Notes under the pieces: generated by a model | Seen by the model: the letters and a program-made list of their open reading frames with translations, nothing else | Databases searched by the model: none | What the model was told of the DNA's origin: nothing | In this document: piece by piece, positions 9,493 through 18,687 of the stretch | Numbering within the stretch: the first letter of the stretch is position 1 | Layout of the letters: every line of letters begins with the position of its first letter | Made by a program: the position numbers and the translations under genes | From: Hyphomicrobium sp. | GTDB taxonomy: Bacteria > Pseudomonadota > Alphaproteobacteria > Rhizobiales > Hyphomicrobiaceae | Reading direction: 5' to 3' | Assembly (NCBI GenBank): GCA_046074825.1 | Contig: JBJTOZ010000090.1 | Coordinates: forward strand, 1 to 46,671 | Length of the DNA stretch: 46,671 nt

Positions 9493-11175
9493 ATGGGGAT
9501 TGCAAAAACAGAACTCCCGCCGCGTGATGCGATGGCATTTGATATTGTTATTGTTGGCGCAGGACCTGCTGGACTTTCTGCAAGTATTCGATTGAAGCAG
9601 TTGGCGTTAAAAAATAAACATGAAATCTCAGTCGTAGTTCTCGAAAAGGGATCAGAAGTTGGAGCGCATATTCTCTCAGGAGCAGTCATCGATCCAATTG
9701 GCATAAACACACTCATTCCCGACTGGAAGTCAAAAGGGGCACCAATTGAGACGGAAGTTAAAGAGGACCATTTTCTAATACTGGGTCCGCAAGGAGACAT
9801 CCGGATTCCAAATTTCCTTCTGCCCCCATTGATGAGTAACCATGGTAATTATATTGTAAGCCTTGGAGCACTCTCAAGATGGCTTGCCGAGCAAGCGAGT
9901 ACTCTTGGTGTAGAAATTTATCCAGGATTTTCTGCCTCAGAAATTTTAACAGATACTAATGGAGCTGTCATTGGCGTCGCGACTGGTGATATGGGACTCA
10001 GCCGTGAAGGTGCGCCCAAAGATAATTTCACTCGTGGTATGGAACTTCATGGTAAATATACGATGCTTGCTGAGGGTGCTCGAGGATCTCTAAGCAAAGA
10101 AATTATCAAAAGGTTCTCTTTGGATGCAAACTGTGAACCACAAAAGTATGGCATTGGTTTAAAAGAACTTTGGGAGGTCTCTCCCGATAAACACAGATCA
10201 GGTCTCGTGCAACATTCCTTTGGTTGGCCTCTCGATAATAAAACAGGGGGGGGATCCTTTCTCTATCACTATGGAAAAAATCTCGTTGCTGTCGGCTTTG
10301 TAGTCCACCTCAATTATAAAAACACCTTCCTCTCCCCTTATGAAGAATTTCAACGCTTTAAAACACACCCTGCAATACGAGATGTATTTCACAAGGGTAA
10401 ACGTCTTGCGTATGGGGCTAGAGCTCTCACAGAAGGTGGTTGGCAGTCTCTACCAAAACTGACTTTCCCAGGCGGAATATTACTTGGCTGTTCCGCAGGC
10501 ATGGTCAACGTTCCCCGCATAAAGGGTAGCCACAATGCAATTTTATCTGGTATTGCTGCTGCTGAAACGGCCTATCAAGCGCTCCTGGAACATCGCCAGC
10601 ACGATGAGCTCTCCTCTTACGAGAAGAATGTCCGCACGGGATATATTGGTTCGGACCTCAAATTAGTCCGCAATTCAAAACCTATGTGGTCACGACTTGG
10701 AACAATATTAGGCATCTCTCTCGGCGGATTAGATATGTGGTTTCGCACGATACTCAACGGCTGGTCTCCTTTTGGTACTTGGCGCCATTTAGTTTCGGAT
10801 TACGAGGAATTACAGCCGACAGAAAAAGCTCAAAAGATTTCTTATCCAAAGCCTGACGGGATACTCACATTCGACAAACTTACAAATGTCTCTTTTTCAG
10901 GGACCAATCATGAAGAAAACCAACCAATACATCTGAAACTTTCTGATCCCAAAATCCCAATTAAGGTCAATCTTCCAACTTGGGCAGAACCTGCTCAGAG
11001 ATATTGCCCTGCAGGCGTTTATGAGGTTTTAAATGACGATCAAGGACAAGAAAAATTTCAGATTAATGCCCAAAATTGTGTGCATTGCAAAACATGCGAT
11101 ATTAAAGATCCTAGCCAAAATATCACTTGGGTTTGTCCAGAAGGTGGGGGGGGGCCAAACTACGCGGGAATGTAA
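9493..11175 (+). CDS. Electron-transfer flavoprotein:ubiquinone oxidoreductase (ETF-QO)
   Basis: 560 aa. It has the FAD fold VIVGAGPAGLSA and a C-terminal 4Fe-4S region YCPAGVYE...NCVHCKTCDIKDP...PEGGGGPNY. Confidence 0.93.
   Translation: MGIAKTELPPRDAMAFDIVIVGAGPAGLSASIRLKQLALKNKHEISVVVLEKGSEVGAHILSGAVIDPIGINTLIPDWKSKGAPIETEVKEDHFLILGPQGDIRIPNFLLPPLMSNHGNYIVSLGALSRWLAEQASTLGVEIYPGFSASEILTDTNGAVIGVATGDMGLSREGAPKDNFTRGMELHGKYTMLAEGARGSLSKEIIKRFSLDANCEPQKYGIGLKELWEVSPDKHRSGLVQHSFGWPLDNKTGGGSFLYHYGKNLVAVGFVVHLNYKNTFLSPYEEFQRFKTHPAIRDVFHKGKRLAYGARALTEGGWQSLPKLTFPGGILLGCSAGMVNVPRIKGSHNAILSGIAAAETAYQALLEHRQHDELSSYEKNVRTGYIGSDLKLVRNSKPMWSRLGTILGISLGGLDMWFRTILNGWSPFGTWRHLVSDYEELQPTEKAQKISYPKPDGILTFDKLTNVSFSGTNHEENQPIHLKLSDPKIPIKVNLPTWAEPAQRYCPAGVYEVLNDDQGQEKFQINAQNCVHCKTCDIKDPSQNITWVCPEGGGGPNYAGM
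10246..10253 (+). repeat. G8 homopolymer inside the ETF-QO CDS
   Basis: Counted directly: aaa aca ggg ggg gga tcc, encoding KTGGGS. Confidence 0.9.
11146..11154 (+). repeat. G9 homopolymer inside the ETF-QO CDS
   Basis: Counted directly: gaa ggt ggg ggg ggg cca, encoding the conserved EGGGGP motif. Confidence 0.9.
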
Positions 11176-11209
11176 AAATTTGACATGCTAGTCTCAAATT
11201 TTTTATTTT
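11176..11209 (+). terminator. Possible weak intrinsic terminator after ETF-QO
   Basis: AAATTTGA (11176-11183) pairs with TCAAATTT (11194-11201) across a 10-nt loop and is followed by TTTATTTT. The stem is almost all A:T, so it is thermodynamically weak. Confidence 0.3.
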
Positions 11210-11336
11210 CAATTTCCTACTAATTACCTTCTATCAAAGGAAAATTGTCTTTTACAATAATATTTAGCACTTAATTGGACGGATTAAATTTCACTCCCTA
11301 TGAAAATTTAATACATTTATTCCCTCAACAATTTCC

Positions 11337-11669
11337 TTATTCGGGATCATCTGGACCATTTCGATCATCCTCAGTATCTTCTTCAGAGGGAGTTCCAAGC
11401 TCTCCTGATGCCCCTTTATCTTTCCTCTCTCCTGCGTCTTTTGCCTGCTGATCGAGGGTTGCATCTTCTTCGCTGCCATCATCCTCGGCCTCTGAGTTAT
11501 TATTTTGAGTAAGAATTTCAACATATTGCTTGCCGGCCACATCCTCTTTTTCAGTGCTGAAAGTTGCCAAACATATGAAAGGTTTGAATATTATAACAGC
11601 GAAAACGGCTGCCATTATGAAAAGAGGGCTTGAGGGAGTATAACCAAATTTCAATAATGAGTTCTTCAT
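11337..11669 (-). CDS. Small membrane-anchored or secreted protein with an acidic disordered tail (orphan)
   Basis: 110-aa ORF with an ATG start. It has an N-terminal hydrophobic segment (LFIMAAVFAVIIFKPFICLA) followed by a D/E/S-rich tail. No recognisable domain. It is preferred over the overlapping 83-aa ORF in another frame. Confidence 0.5.
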   Translation of the reverse strand: MKNSLLKFGYTPSSPLFIMAAVFAVIIFKPFICLATFSTEKEDVAGKQYVEILTQNNNSEAEDDGSEEDATLDQQAKDAGERKDKGASGELGTPSEEDTEDDRNGPDDPE

Positions 11670-11938
11670 GATTACACCCTTCTGTAAACTCTAAAGGATT
11701 TTTAAAGAAACTGAGATAGCAAATAAAATATGCGGCTAGACTTTAATATATGAATTTATTGATCCCCTTAGTTAGAATAAGAGAAAGTTTTTTAAAAATA
11801 GCTAAGTTTTAAACCAGATGCCATCTGATTTTGCATGAAAAATAAAAAGATGCTCTTTGAGAGAAGATGTCATCATTGGGCCACTAATTTTACTAGTTTT
11901 ATTAAAATAGCGCCTTTATATTAAATTAGTGCTGATTA

Positions 11939-14104
11939 GTGCCAAACGGATACTCTTTGATGTTTCATTTAAAAAATAATAAAAGTACTTCCAAACGATT
12001 ATCGATTTCAATTTTAGTACCTCTCATAATGGGTTTGAGCTTACCCTCAAGAGCAGAAAAAACCGAAACATTTAATGTTACACCAAGTCTTTCCGGAAGC
12101 TACCTCGCAGGACGATTTGCGCGAACGGATAATGACACCTTAAACGCTGCTGAGTTTTATGAAAATGCGCTGACTTTAGATCCTACAAATGATCTGCTCT
12201 TGGAGCAGACACTCTTAATGCAGGCCTCTCAAGGATCGTGGAATCGAGCAGTACCCCTCTCCGAAACTTTAGTCATTGAAGAACCAAAACACCGTATGGC
12301 TCGCATAATTCTTGGTCTTCATGCTTTTAAAGAGGGAAATTTTAAGAGGGCTGAAAAAGAATTCAATGCAGCCGCTTCAGGACCTATTGGTGAAATAACA
12401 AGCGCATTATCGTTAGCTTGGACCAAAATAGCTCAAAAGGATCTTACTGGCGCACTTGAGTCGCTCAGCGTTTCAACAAAAGCCGATTGGGCACAATTCT
12501 ATTTACTCTATCATCGCGCCCTTATTTGCGATGTTGCAGGACGATCAAAAGAAGCAAAAGGCTCCTATGAGAAACTTTTTCAAAAAGATGGGAGAACCCT
12601 TAGAACAGCCTTAGCCTATGCACGTAGTCTCGCCCATACGGGAGATTTTCAAGCGGCTAAAACGAAGCTCACAGAATTTACATCTCAATCCCAATTTGAG
12701 GGACATGCACTCGCTCGAAGTCTCATGTCTGAATTAGAATTAAGAAAGAAATTACCTCTTCTTGTGAGCACACCGTCTGAAGGATTGACTGAAGTTTTTT
12801 ATGGCCTCGGAGAGTCTCTTATTGGGGAAGGTGCGATAGGTGTGGGGGTTATTTATCTTCAAATGGCTCTTTATATTACCCCTGGACATCCATTTTCTTT
12901 AGCGGCCCTTGCAAATGCCTATGAAGCAAACAAACAGTATAAAGATGCTATCGAAATGTATGATCGCATCCCAAAAGGCTCACCTCTCGAAACCGCAATC
13001 GAAATTCGCAAGGCTTTAAACCTTAATTCTTTGGACAAAACAGACGAAGCACGTTCTGTTTTAGAAAAGCTGCTCTCAACCGTATCAAGCGCAGAGGATG
13101 AAACCCGAGGTCAACCTTCCCCCACCTCAGAGCCTAATTTGACACTGGAGCAAATCAATGTGAATTTTAGAGGCCGGATCTTGCAGAATGGTGCTCAAGG
13201 AGATGACGTTCGAACAGTACAAACCTTACTAAGAAACCTTGGCTACGATAATGATAAAACCTTTGATGGAAATTACACTCAAAACACTGAGAACTCAGTA
13301 AAAAAATTCCAAAAGGACAACAACCTTTTCGCAGACGGAAGAGTTGGAAAGTTAACTTTTGAAAAATTAATAAAAGTTGCAAAATTAAAAGAAAATCAAA
13401 TAAATATTCCCTTTTCAAAAACTTCCCAAGAAAAGGAAGCACAAAACTTAAAAAAGAAAATTGGCAAGATTGAAGAGCTACAAATTCTAGATGCTCTAGG
13501 AAATATTTTACGCTCTCGAAAGCTTTATGCCGAAGCTGTCTCAGTATACGATCGTGCGATTGGGCTCATCCCTGTCCCCGAGCAGAAGCACTGGATCTAC
13601 TTTTATGCCCGTGGGACATCTTATGAAAGAATTAAAAAATGGACTTTAGCAGAAATAGATCTCAAAAAAGCACTCGAACTTTATCCTGATCAACCATTAG
13701 CTCTCAACTACCTTGGATATTCATGGGTAGATCAGGGTATTAACCTTGATCAAGGCATGCAACTCATTGAACGAGCCGTTTCGTTAAAACCCGATGATGG
13801 TTATATTGTCGATAGTTTAGGATGGGCTCATTTTAAGAGAAAAAATTTTAAAGAGGCTGTAAGATATCTGGAGAGAGCCGTTGAATTACGACCAGATGAT
13901 CCTGTTCTGAATGATCACTTGGGAGATGCTCTCTGGCAAGTCGGCCGTCAACGTGAGGCAAAGTTTCAATGGGATCAATCTCTTTCACTCAATCCTGAAC
14001 CAGAAGACGCAGCTAAGACACGAACTAAAATTCAGGAAGGCCTCACCCTTGAAGAAACTTCTCCTCACACGCTCGCTGATAGCGATAAATTCATCGCCCC
14101 CTGA
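11939..14104 (+). CDS. TPR-repeat protein with an embedded peptidoglycan-binding (PG_binding_1-like) domain
   Basis: 721 aa with a signal-like N-terminus and multiple TPR-like helical pairs (e.g. AEFYENALTLDPTN, ALELYPDQPLALNYLGYSW, AVELRPDDPVLNDHLGDALW). The central segment GDDVRTVQTLLRNLGYDNDKTFDGNYTQNTENSVKKFQKDNNLFADGRVG fits the PG-binding 1 pattern. The start is GTG 11939 or ATG 11960. Confidence 0.8.
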   Translation: MPNGYSLMFHLKNNKSTSKRLSISILVPLIMGLSLPSRAEKTETFNVTPSLSGSYLAGRFARTDNDTLNAAEFYENALTLDPTNDLLLEQTLLMQASQGSWNRAVPLSETLVIEEPKHRMARIILGLHAFKEGNFKRAEKEFNAAASGPIGEITSALSLAWTKIAQKDLTGALESLSVSTKADWAQFYLLYHRALICDVAGRSKEAKGSYEKLFQKDGRTLRTALAYARSLAHTGDFQAAKTKLTEFTSQSQFEGHALARSLMSELELRKKLPLLVSTPSEGLTEVFYGLGESLIGEGAIGVGVIYLQMALYITPGHPFSLAALANAYEANKQYKDAIEMYDRIPKGSPLETAIEIRKALNLNSLDKTDEARSVLEKLLSTVSSAEDETRGQPSPTSEPNLTLEQINVNFRGRILQNGAQGDDVRTVQTLLRNLGYDNDKTFDGNYTQNTENSVKKFQKDNNLFADGRVGKLTFEKLIKVAKLKENQINIPFSKTSQEKEAQNLKKKIGKIEELQILDALGNILRSRKLYAEAVSVYDRAIGLIPVPEQKHWIYFYARGTSYERIKKWTLAEIDLKKALELYPDQPLALNYLGYSWVDQGINLDQGMQLIERAVSLKPDDGYIVDSLGWAHFKRKNFKEAVRYLERAVELRPDDPVLNDHLGDALWQVGRQREAKFQWDQSLSLNPEPEDAAKTRTKIQEGLTLEETSPHTLADSDKFIAP

Positions 14105-14189
14105 AGTAATATCCTCGAAAATCCCTGTTTAAAACCTTCTTTAATACATCTGGAAATCATCTTAACCTGACATAACCTTTTATTCGCTC

Positions 14190-15065
14190 ATGGAGTTAAT
14201 TGAAGAAGCAAGAGCAAAAATAAATCTCACATTGAATGTCATTGGCCGTCTCGATAACGGGTATCATGCTCTCCATAGCCTCGTCGGCTTTGCAAATATA
14301 GGCGACCGTATTCAATTTAGTCCTGGATCAAAAATAGAAATTGAAGAACTAGGCCCCTTTGCCAAAGACTTGAAAGGTCCCAATGTTTTAAAAAAAGTCT
14401 TTGAAATTCTACAAAAAAAATATCCTCACCTTCTTCTCGGCCGCGTCAGTCTTCAAAAAAATCTCCCAGTTGCTTCAGGGATTGGAGGAGGATCTGCCGA
14501 CGCAGCCGCACTTCTTAGAGCAATTAAAAAAACGAACACACAACTTCAAGACCAAATAAGTTGGGAAGAAATAGCCCGTGAAGTCGGCGCTGATGTTCCT
14601 GTATGCATGGAAAATAAAGCCGTCTGGATGAGCGGAATTGGTCACACTCTTCATCTACTAAAAAAACCTCTACCTCTACTACACCTCCTCCTCATCAACC
14701 CAATGGTTCCTGTTCCTATTGACAAGACTACTCAAGTTTTTAAAATGTTAAAAGCAAAAAGAATTAAGGAAGAAGAAGCCGAGGCTCATCTATCTTTTCC
14801 AGAATTTCTTAATAAAAAAGCGCTCTTTGACTTCATAAAAAGAAAACAAAATGATTTGTTACCGCCTGCTAGAAAATTAATACCAGAAATATCGATAATT
14901 CTTGAAGTTCTTCAGAAATGTGAAGGCCTTGAAATTGCGTCACTCTCAGGCGCAGGCCCAACGTGCTTTGGAATATTTAGCAATTCCCGAATGGTAGAAA
15001 CTGCCCAGCAGTTGATTTCCGAAGATCACCCCTCTTGGTGGATGAGACCTGCATCATTAGTTTAG
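14190..15065 (+). CDS. ispE: 4-diphosphocytidyl-2-C-methyl-D-erythritol kinase
   Basis: It has AKINLTLNVIGR and the GHMP-kinase loop PVASGIGGGSADAAA. It lies downstream of the TPR protein, as is usual in Alphaproteobacteria. Confidence 0.9.
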   Translation: MELIEEARAKINLTLNVIGRLDNGYHALHSLVGFANIGDRIQFSPGSKIEIEELGPFAKDLKGPNVLKKVFEILQKKYPHLLLGRVSLQKNLPVASGIGGGSADAAALLRAIKKTNTQLQDQISWEEIAREVGADVPVCMENKAVWMSGIGHTLHLLKKPLPLLHLLLINPMVPVPIDKTTQVFKMLKAKRIKEEEAEAHLSFPEFLNKKALFDFIKRKQNDLLPPARKLIPEISIILEVLQKCEGLEIASLSGAGPTCFGIFSNSRMVETAQQLISEDHPSWWMRPASLV

Positions 15066-15089
15066 AAACTATCGATTGTTTGCTTGATA

Positions 15090-16106
15090 TCAGTGATTGC
15101 GATCAATGGAAAAATTAATCAGTTCTTGAAGAGCTCGCTTTTGAGGACTACTTGGAAAAATTGCCAGAGCGTCTCGCGCTATTGCTCCATAAGCTCGCGC
15201 GCGTTCAATAGTATCTTCTAGAGCATTATGTTTGCGCATCAAAGAAATGGCATTCTGTATGTCACCCTCTTTTATATTCCCTTCAACTATGGTTCTATTC
15301 CAAAACAGACGTTCCGAATTATCTCCACGACGAAAGGAAAGTATAATTGGTAGAGTAATTTTTCCTTCTCGAAAATCATCGCCTACTGTTTTGCCAAGAT
15401 CTTTACTATCACCTGAGTAGTCAAGAGCATCATCAACAAGCTGAAAAGCTAAACCAAGATTTTTTCCGTAAGAACGCAAAGCTGCCTGCTCTTCAACCGG
15501 ACGTCCAGATAGAGCTGCGCCAACCTCAGCTGCTGCCAAAAATAAAGCAGCAGTTTTAGCTGTTATGATAGCTAAGTATTCATCCTCTGTTGTGGTAACA
15601 TTCTTTGCAGCAGCAAGCTGCATAACTTCACCTTCAGCAATAACAGCAGCGGCATTGGAAAGTATTTTAAGAACCTGCATACATCCTACATCAACAAGCA
15701 TTCTAAAGGCTTGGCCTAATAGAAAATCACCGACTAGAATGCTACCCTGGTTTCCCCAAACAAGACGTGCTGTTTTATACCCACGACGTGCATCACTTTC
15801 ATCTACGACATCATCATGGAGCAATGTGGCCGTATGCATAAATTCTATAGCAGAAGAAACTCGTACATGCCCTCTTCCCTGATACCCACAGAGCTTTGCC
15901 GAAGCTATAGCAATCATCGGCCTTAATCTTTTTCCTCCAGAAGTAATCAGATGTTGCGCTATTTGAGGAATGAGATTCACATCCGATATTGCTTTATCGA
16001 GTATAATACGGTTGACCTCCTCCATATCTTCAGAAACCAACTGTAAGAGTGGTTTAATACTCTCTGAGGAGGATCTCAGATCATCAAAAGGAACAACTAC
16101 GCCCAC
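15090..16106 (-). CDS. ispB: Polyprenyl (octaprenyl-type) diphosphate synthase
   Basis: GTG start. It has the first DDxxD motif LLHDDVVDESDARRG and the second FQLVDDALDY. Confidence 0.9.
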   Translation of the reverse strand: MGVVVPFDDLRSSSESIKPLLQLVSEDMEEVNRIILDKAISDVNLIPQIAQHLITSGGKRLRPMIAIASAKLCGYQGRGHVRVSSAIEFMHTATLLHDDVVDESDARRGYKTARLVWGNQGSILVGDFLLGQAFRMLVDVGCMQVLKILSNAAAVIAEGEVMQLAAAKNVTTTEDEYLAIITAKTAALFLAAAEVGAALSGRPVEEQAALRSYGKNLGLAFQLVDDALDYSGDSKDLGKTVGDDFREGKITLPIILSFRRGDNSERLFWNRTIVEGNIKEGDIQNAISLMRKHNALEDTIERARAYGAIARDALAIFPSSPQKRALQELINFSIDRNH

Positions 16107-16404
16107 TGATTATTTTCCCAAAAAAGTAATTAAAGATCTAATCTTCGCTTAACTAAAAATATTCTAATATAAATTCTAGGGATTGGGAATAAGGAAAAAA
16201 ATAATGACTATCTTTTAACGCGCCAATATCGATTATGTGATTTTTAAATAACGTGTAAATTCATGGAGGGCAGTGCAGAAAGTAACCCCCGGTCTTAGGG
16301 CGAATACTTCATAATGTATTCTCCAGATTTTATAATTTTATTAAGGCAAAAGATCCAATTCGATTTTAAACATCCTTTTTAACCAAGAGACATGACATTC
16401 TAGT

Positions 16405-17217
16405 ATGCATTCTTTTTCTAGCACTTCTTCTTTGGAAGAGGAAAATAATTTCACTGATGATGCTTTCCTTGATGGAAAAATCCATATATTGCAGCCTTTA
16501 AAGGGATACAGAGCAGGAATTGACGCTGTACTTCTTGCATCCACCATAGCCCATGCGCATCGCAAAACTTTAAATATTCTCGATTGTGGAGCAGGTGTTG
16601 GTACAGTTGGTCTTTGCGTCGCAGTTCGCTGTCCATCAGCTGTGGTTACACTTGTTGAAAAGGAGGATCTTTTGTGCGAACTCGCACAACAAAATATTCT
16701 ACGCAATGGTCTTCAAAACCACGTCACAGTAGTCAAAGGAGACTTGACCTTAAAAGCAAACAATAAAGATGCCCCTAAACTTAAAACTGAGAGCTTTGAT
16801 TACGTTCTTGCAAATCCCCCTTTTCATATAACTGGGCAGAACACCAAAGCCAAAAACACATTAAAAAATATTTCACATACTATGGACATGGATACACTTG
16901 ATCTCTGGATTAAATTTGCAGCCCGCTTGACACGCCCTGGAGGTCGATACACTTTGATACATAAAGCAGCTGAACTTTCTCGCCTTACAAACCTTCTTAA
17001 GGGAAGATTTGGAAATCTTACTATTCGACCCATACACTCCAATATTCAAGAAAAAGCTATCCGTATTTTAATTGAAGGGCAAAAAGGGAGTAAAAAAGAG
17101 CTGCAAATCTTGCCCCCTCTTATTCTTCATAAAAAAAACAAAGAATTTACAAGAGGAGTAAGCCGCATTTTAAGAGACGGGCTTAGTTTAACGCAGGCTC
17201 TAGACCCCATAGAGTAA
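16405..17217 (+). CDS. SAM-dependent N6-adenine-type methyltransferase, tRNA (adenine37-N6)-methyltransferase-like
   Basis: It has the SAM motif I ILDCGAGVGTVG and motif IV LANPPFH. Its size and layout resemble YfiC/TrmN6-like enzymes. Confidence 0.75.
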   Translation: MHSFSSTSSLEEENNFTDDAFLDGKIHILQPLKGYRAGIDAVLLASTIAHAHRKTLNILDCGAGVGTVGLCVAVRCPSAVVTLVEKEDLLCELAQQNILRNGLQNHVTVVKGDLTLKANNKDAPKLKTESFDYVLANPPFHITGQNTKAKNTLKNISHTMDMDTLDLWIKFAARLTRPGGRYTLIHKAAELSRLTNLLKGRFGNLTIRPIHSNIQEKAIRILIEGQKGSKKELQILPPLILHKKNKEFTRGVSRILRDGLSLTQALDPIE

Positions 17218-17259
17218 GATATATGATGAAAATAGATTTTAAGAGGACGGAAAATAAAA

Positions 17260-18108
17260 ATGTGGCCCTTTAAGCGAGCTCCGATCGTACCTGTGATACA
17301 ACTTTCAGGACCAGTGGGGATGGTAACACCCTTGCGACCTGGGTTGTCTATTAGCACACTAACAGAGCCTTTAGAGAAGGCTTTTGAAATGTCTAAGACG
17401 CCCTCAATTGTAATAGTAGTAAATTCGCCAGGCGGATCCGCTGTGCAATCTGGTCTTATTCTGAAACGCATTCGCGCTTTAGCAGAAGAAAATGAAAAAA
17501 AGATTTATGTTTTTTGTGAAGATGTCGTAGCATCTGGAGGATACTATATAGCTCTTGCGGGAGATGAAATTTATGCAGAGCCTTCATCAATTATTGGATC
17601 AATCGGGGTTATTACCTCAGGATTTGGTTTTAACAAAGCAATTGAAAAACTTGGAATAGAGCGTCGAGTTTATACAGCTGGTAGGTCAAAGAGTATTCTG
17701 GATCCTTTCCTTCCTGAAAAAGCAGAAGATGTTGAGCGTCTTGCCGACCTTCAGCGTGATGCCCACGATGTATTTATGTCAGTTGTTAAAGAAAGAAGAG
17801 CTCTTAAGCTCAAAGGATCAGATAACGAACTTTTTTCTGGTGCTTTCTGGAGTGGGAGAAAAGCTCTTGAACTTGGTCTCATAGATGGCATATGCGATGT
17901 TCGCACCAAAATGAGAGAGATTCATGGGGAAGATGTGCGCTTAAAGGTCGTTCCCCTCGAACGGGGAGGGTTTCTTTCTAGACTCAAAAGAATCCCCTCT
18001 ATTGGGGGATTTACATTGCATAAAAGGCCTTATGAAAATTATTCTCTATCAGAGGATTTTATTTCCTCGCTTGAAATTAGGGCTCTTTGGTCTAGGTACG
18101 GTCTTTAA
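17260..18108 (+). CDS. S49-family serine peptidase (SppA 36K type)
   Basis: It contains VVNSPGGSAVQS, ASGGYYIA and GSIGV, the characteristic ClpP/crotonase-fold S49 motifs. Confidence 0.85.
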   Translation: MWPFKRAPIVPVIQLSGPVGMVTPLRPGLSISTLTEPLEKAFEMSKTPSIVIVVNSPGGSAVQSGLILKRIRALAEENEKKIYVFCEDVVASGGYYIALAGDEIYAEPSSIIGSIGVITSGFGFNKAIEKLGIERRVYTAGRSKSILDPFLPEKAEDVERLADLQRDAHDVFMSVVKERRALKLKGSDNELFSGAFWSGRKALELGLIDGICDVRTKMREIHGEDVRLKVVPLERGGFLSRLKRIPSIGGFTLHKRPYENYSLSEDFISSLEIRALWSRYGL

Positions 18109-18195
18109 AATGAAATCCAAGAACAGCCAATTTATATTTAAATTAATCGCAATGTTTATAGATGAATAGTTTAACTTTTTTCTCTGTAAAGAGCA

Positions 18196-18546
18196 TTAAT
18201 AAAAAGCAAACAAAATTAAGTTAAAAAATAGGAGAGCATTTAATAATGAGGAGAGGTTAATGTCTCCAAATTCTTTAACTTTAACAATCCGTATTATGTC
18301 TCTCCGATCGTGATTCAAAGTAATATCCTTTTGTCGGATCCAATTCCAAACAAAACGCAAGAACGCCATTAACCTTGCTATAATCTCAGCAGGAGCTCGT
18401 TGCCATCCATATTTATAAAAATATACTATACTAAAAAGTACCCCAATTTGGGCTAAAGTTGAAAACCAACCTCCAACCAAAAACCAGATTAATGACCAAG
18501 CTAAATTTAACCCCGTCAATAAAATACCTCCAAGCCATGAAATCAT
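18196..18546 (-). CDS. Small integral membrane protein, unknown function
   Basis: 116-aa ORF with two or three hydrophobic helices (ILLTGLNLAWSLIWFLVGGWF, IGVLFSIVYFY, LLNALLFFNLILFAF). No recognisable motif. Confidence 0.5.
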   Translation of the reverse strand: MISWLGGILLTGLNLAWSLIWFLVGGWFSTLAQIGVLFSIVYFYKYGWQRAPAEIIARLMAFLRFVWNWIRQKDITLNHDRRDIIRIVKVKEFGDINLSSLLNALLFFNLILFAFY

Positions 18547-18687
18547 ATATTTCTTATCTCCATAAAATACTGAATTTTGGCAGAAAAAATCTAGACTCTG
18601 AAGTCTAAAAAGATAAGAGTTCTTCGGTAAAATTAAGATAACGTAAAATCAGAAAGTTTTCTCAAAAATTCTTGAGCAGAAGCTAGA

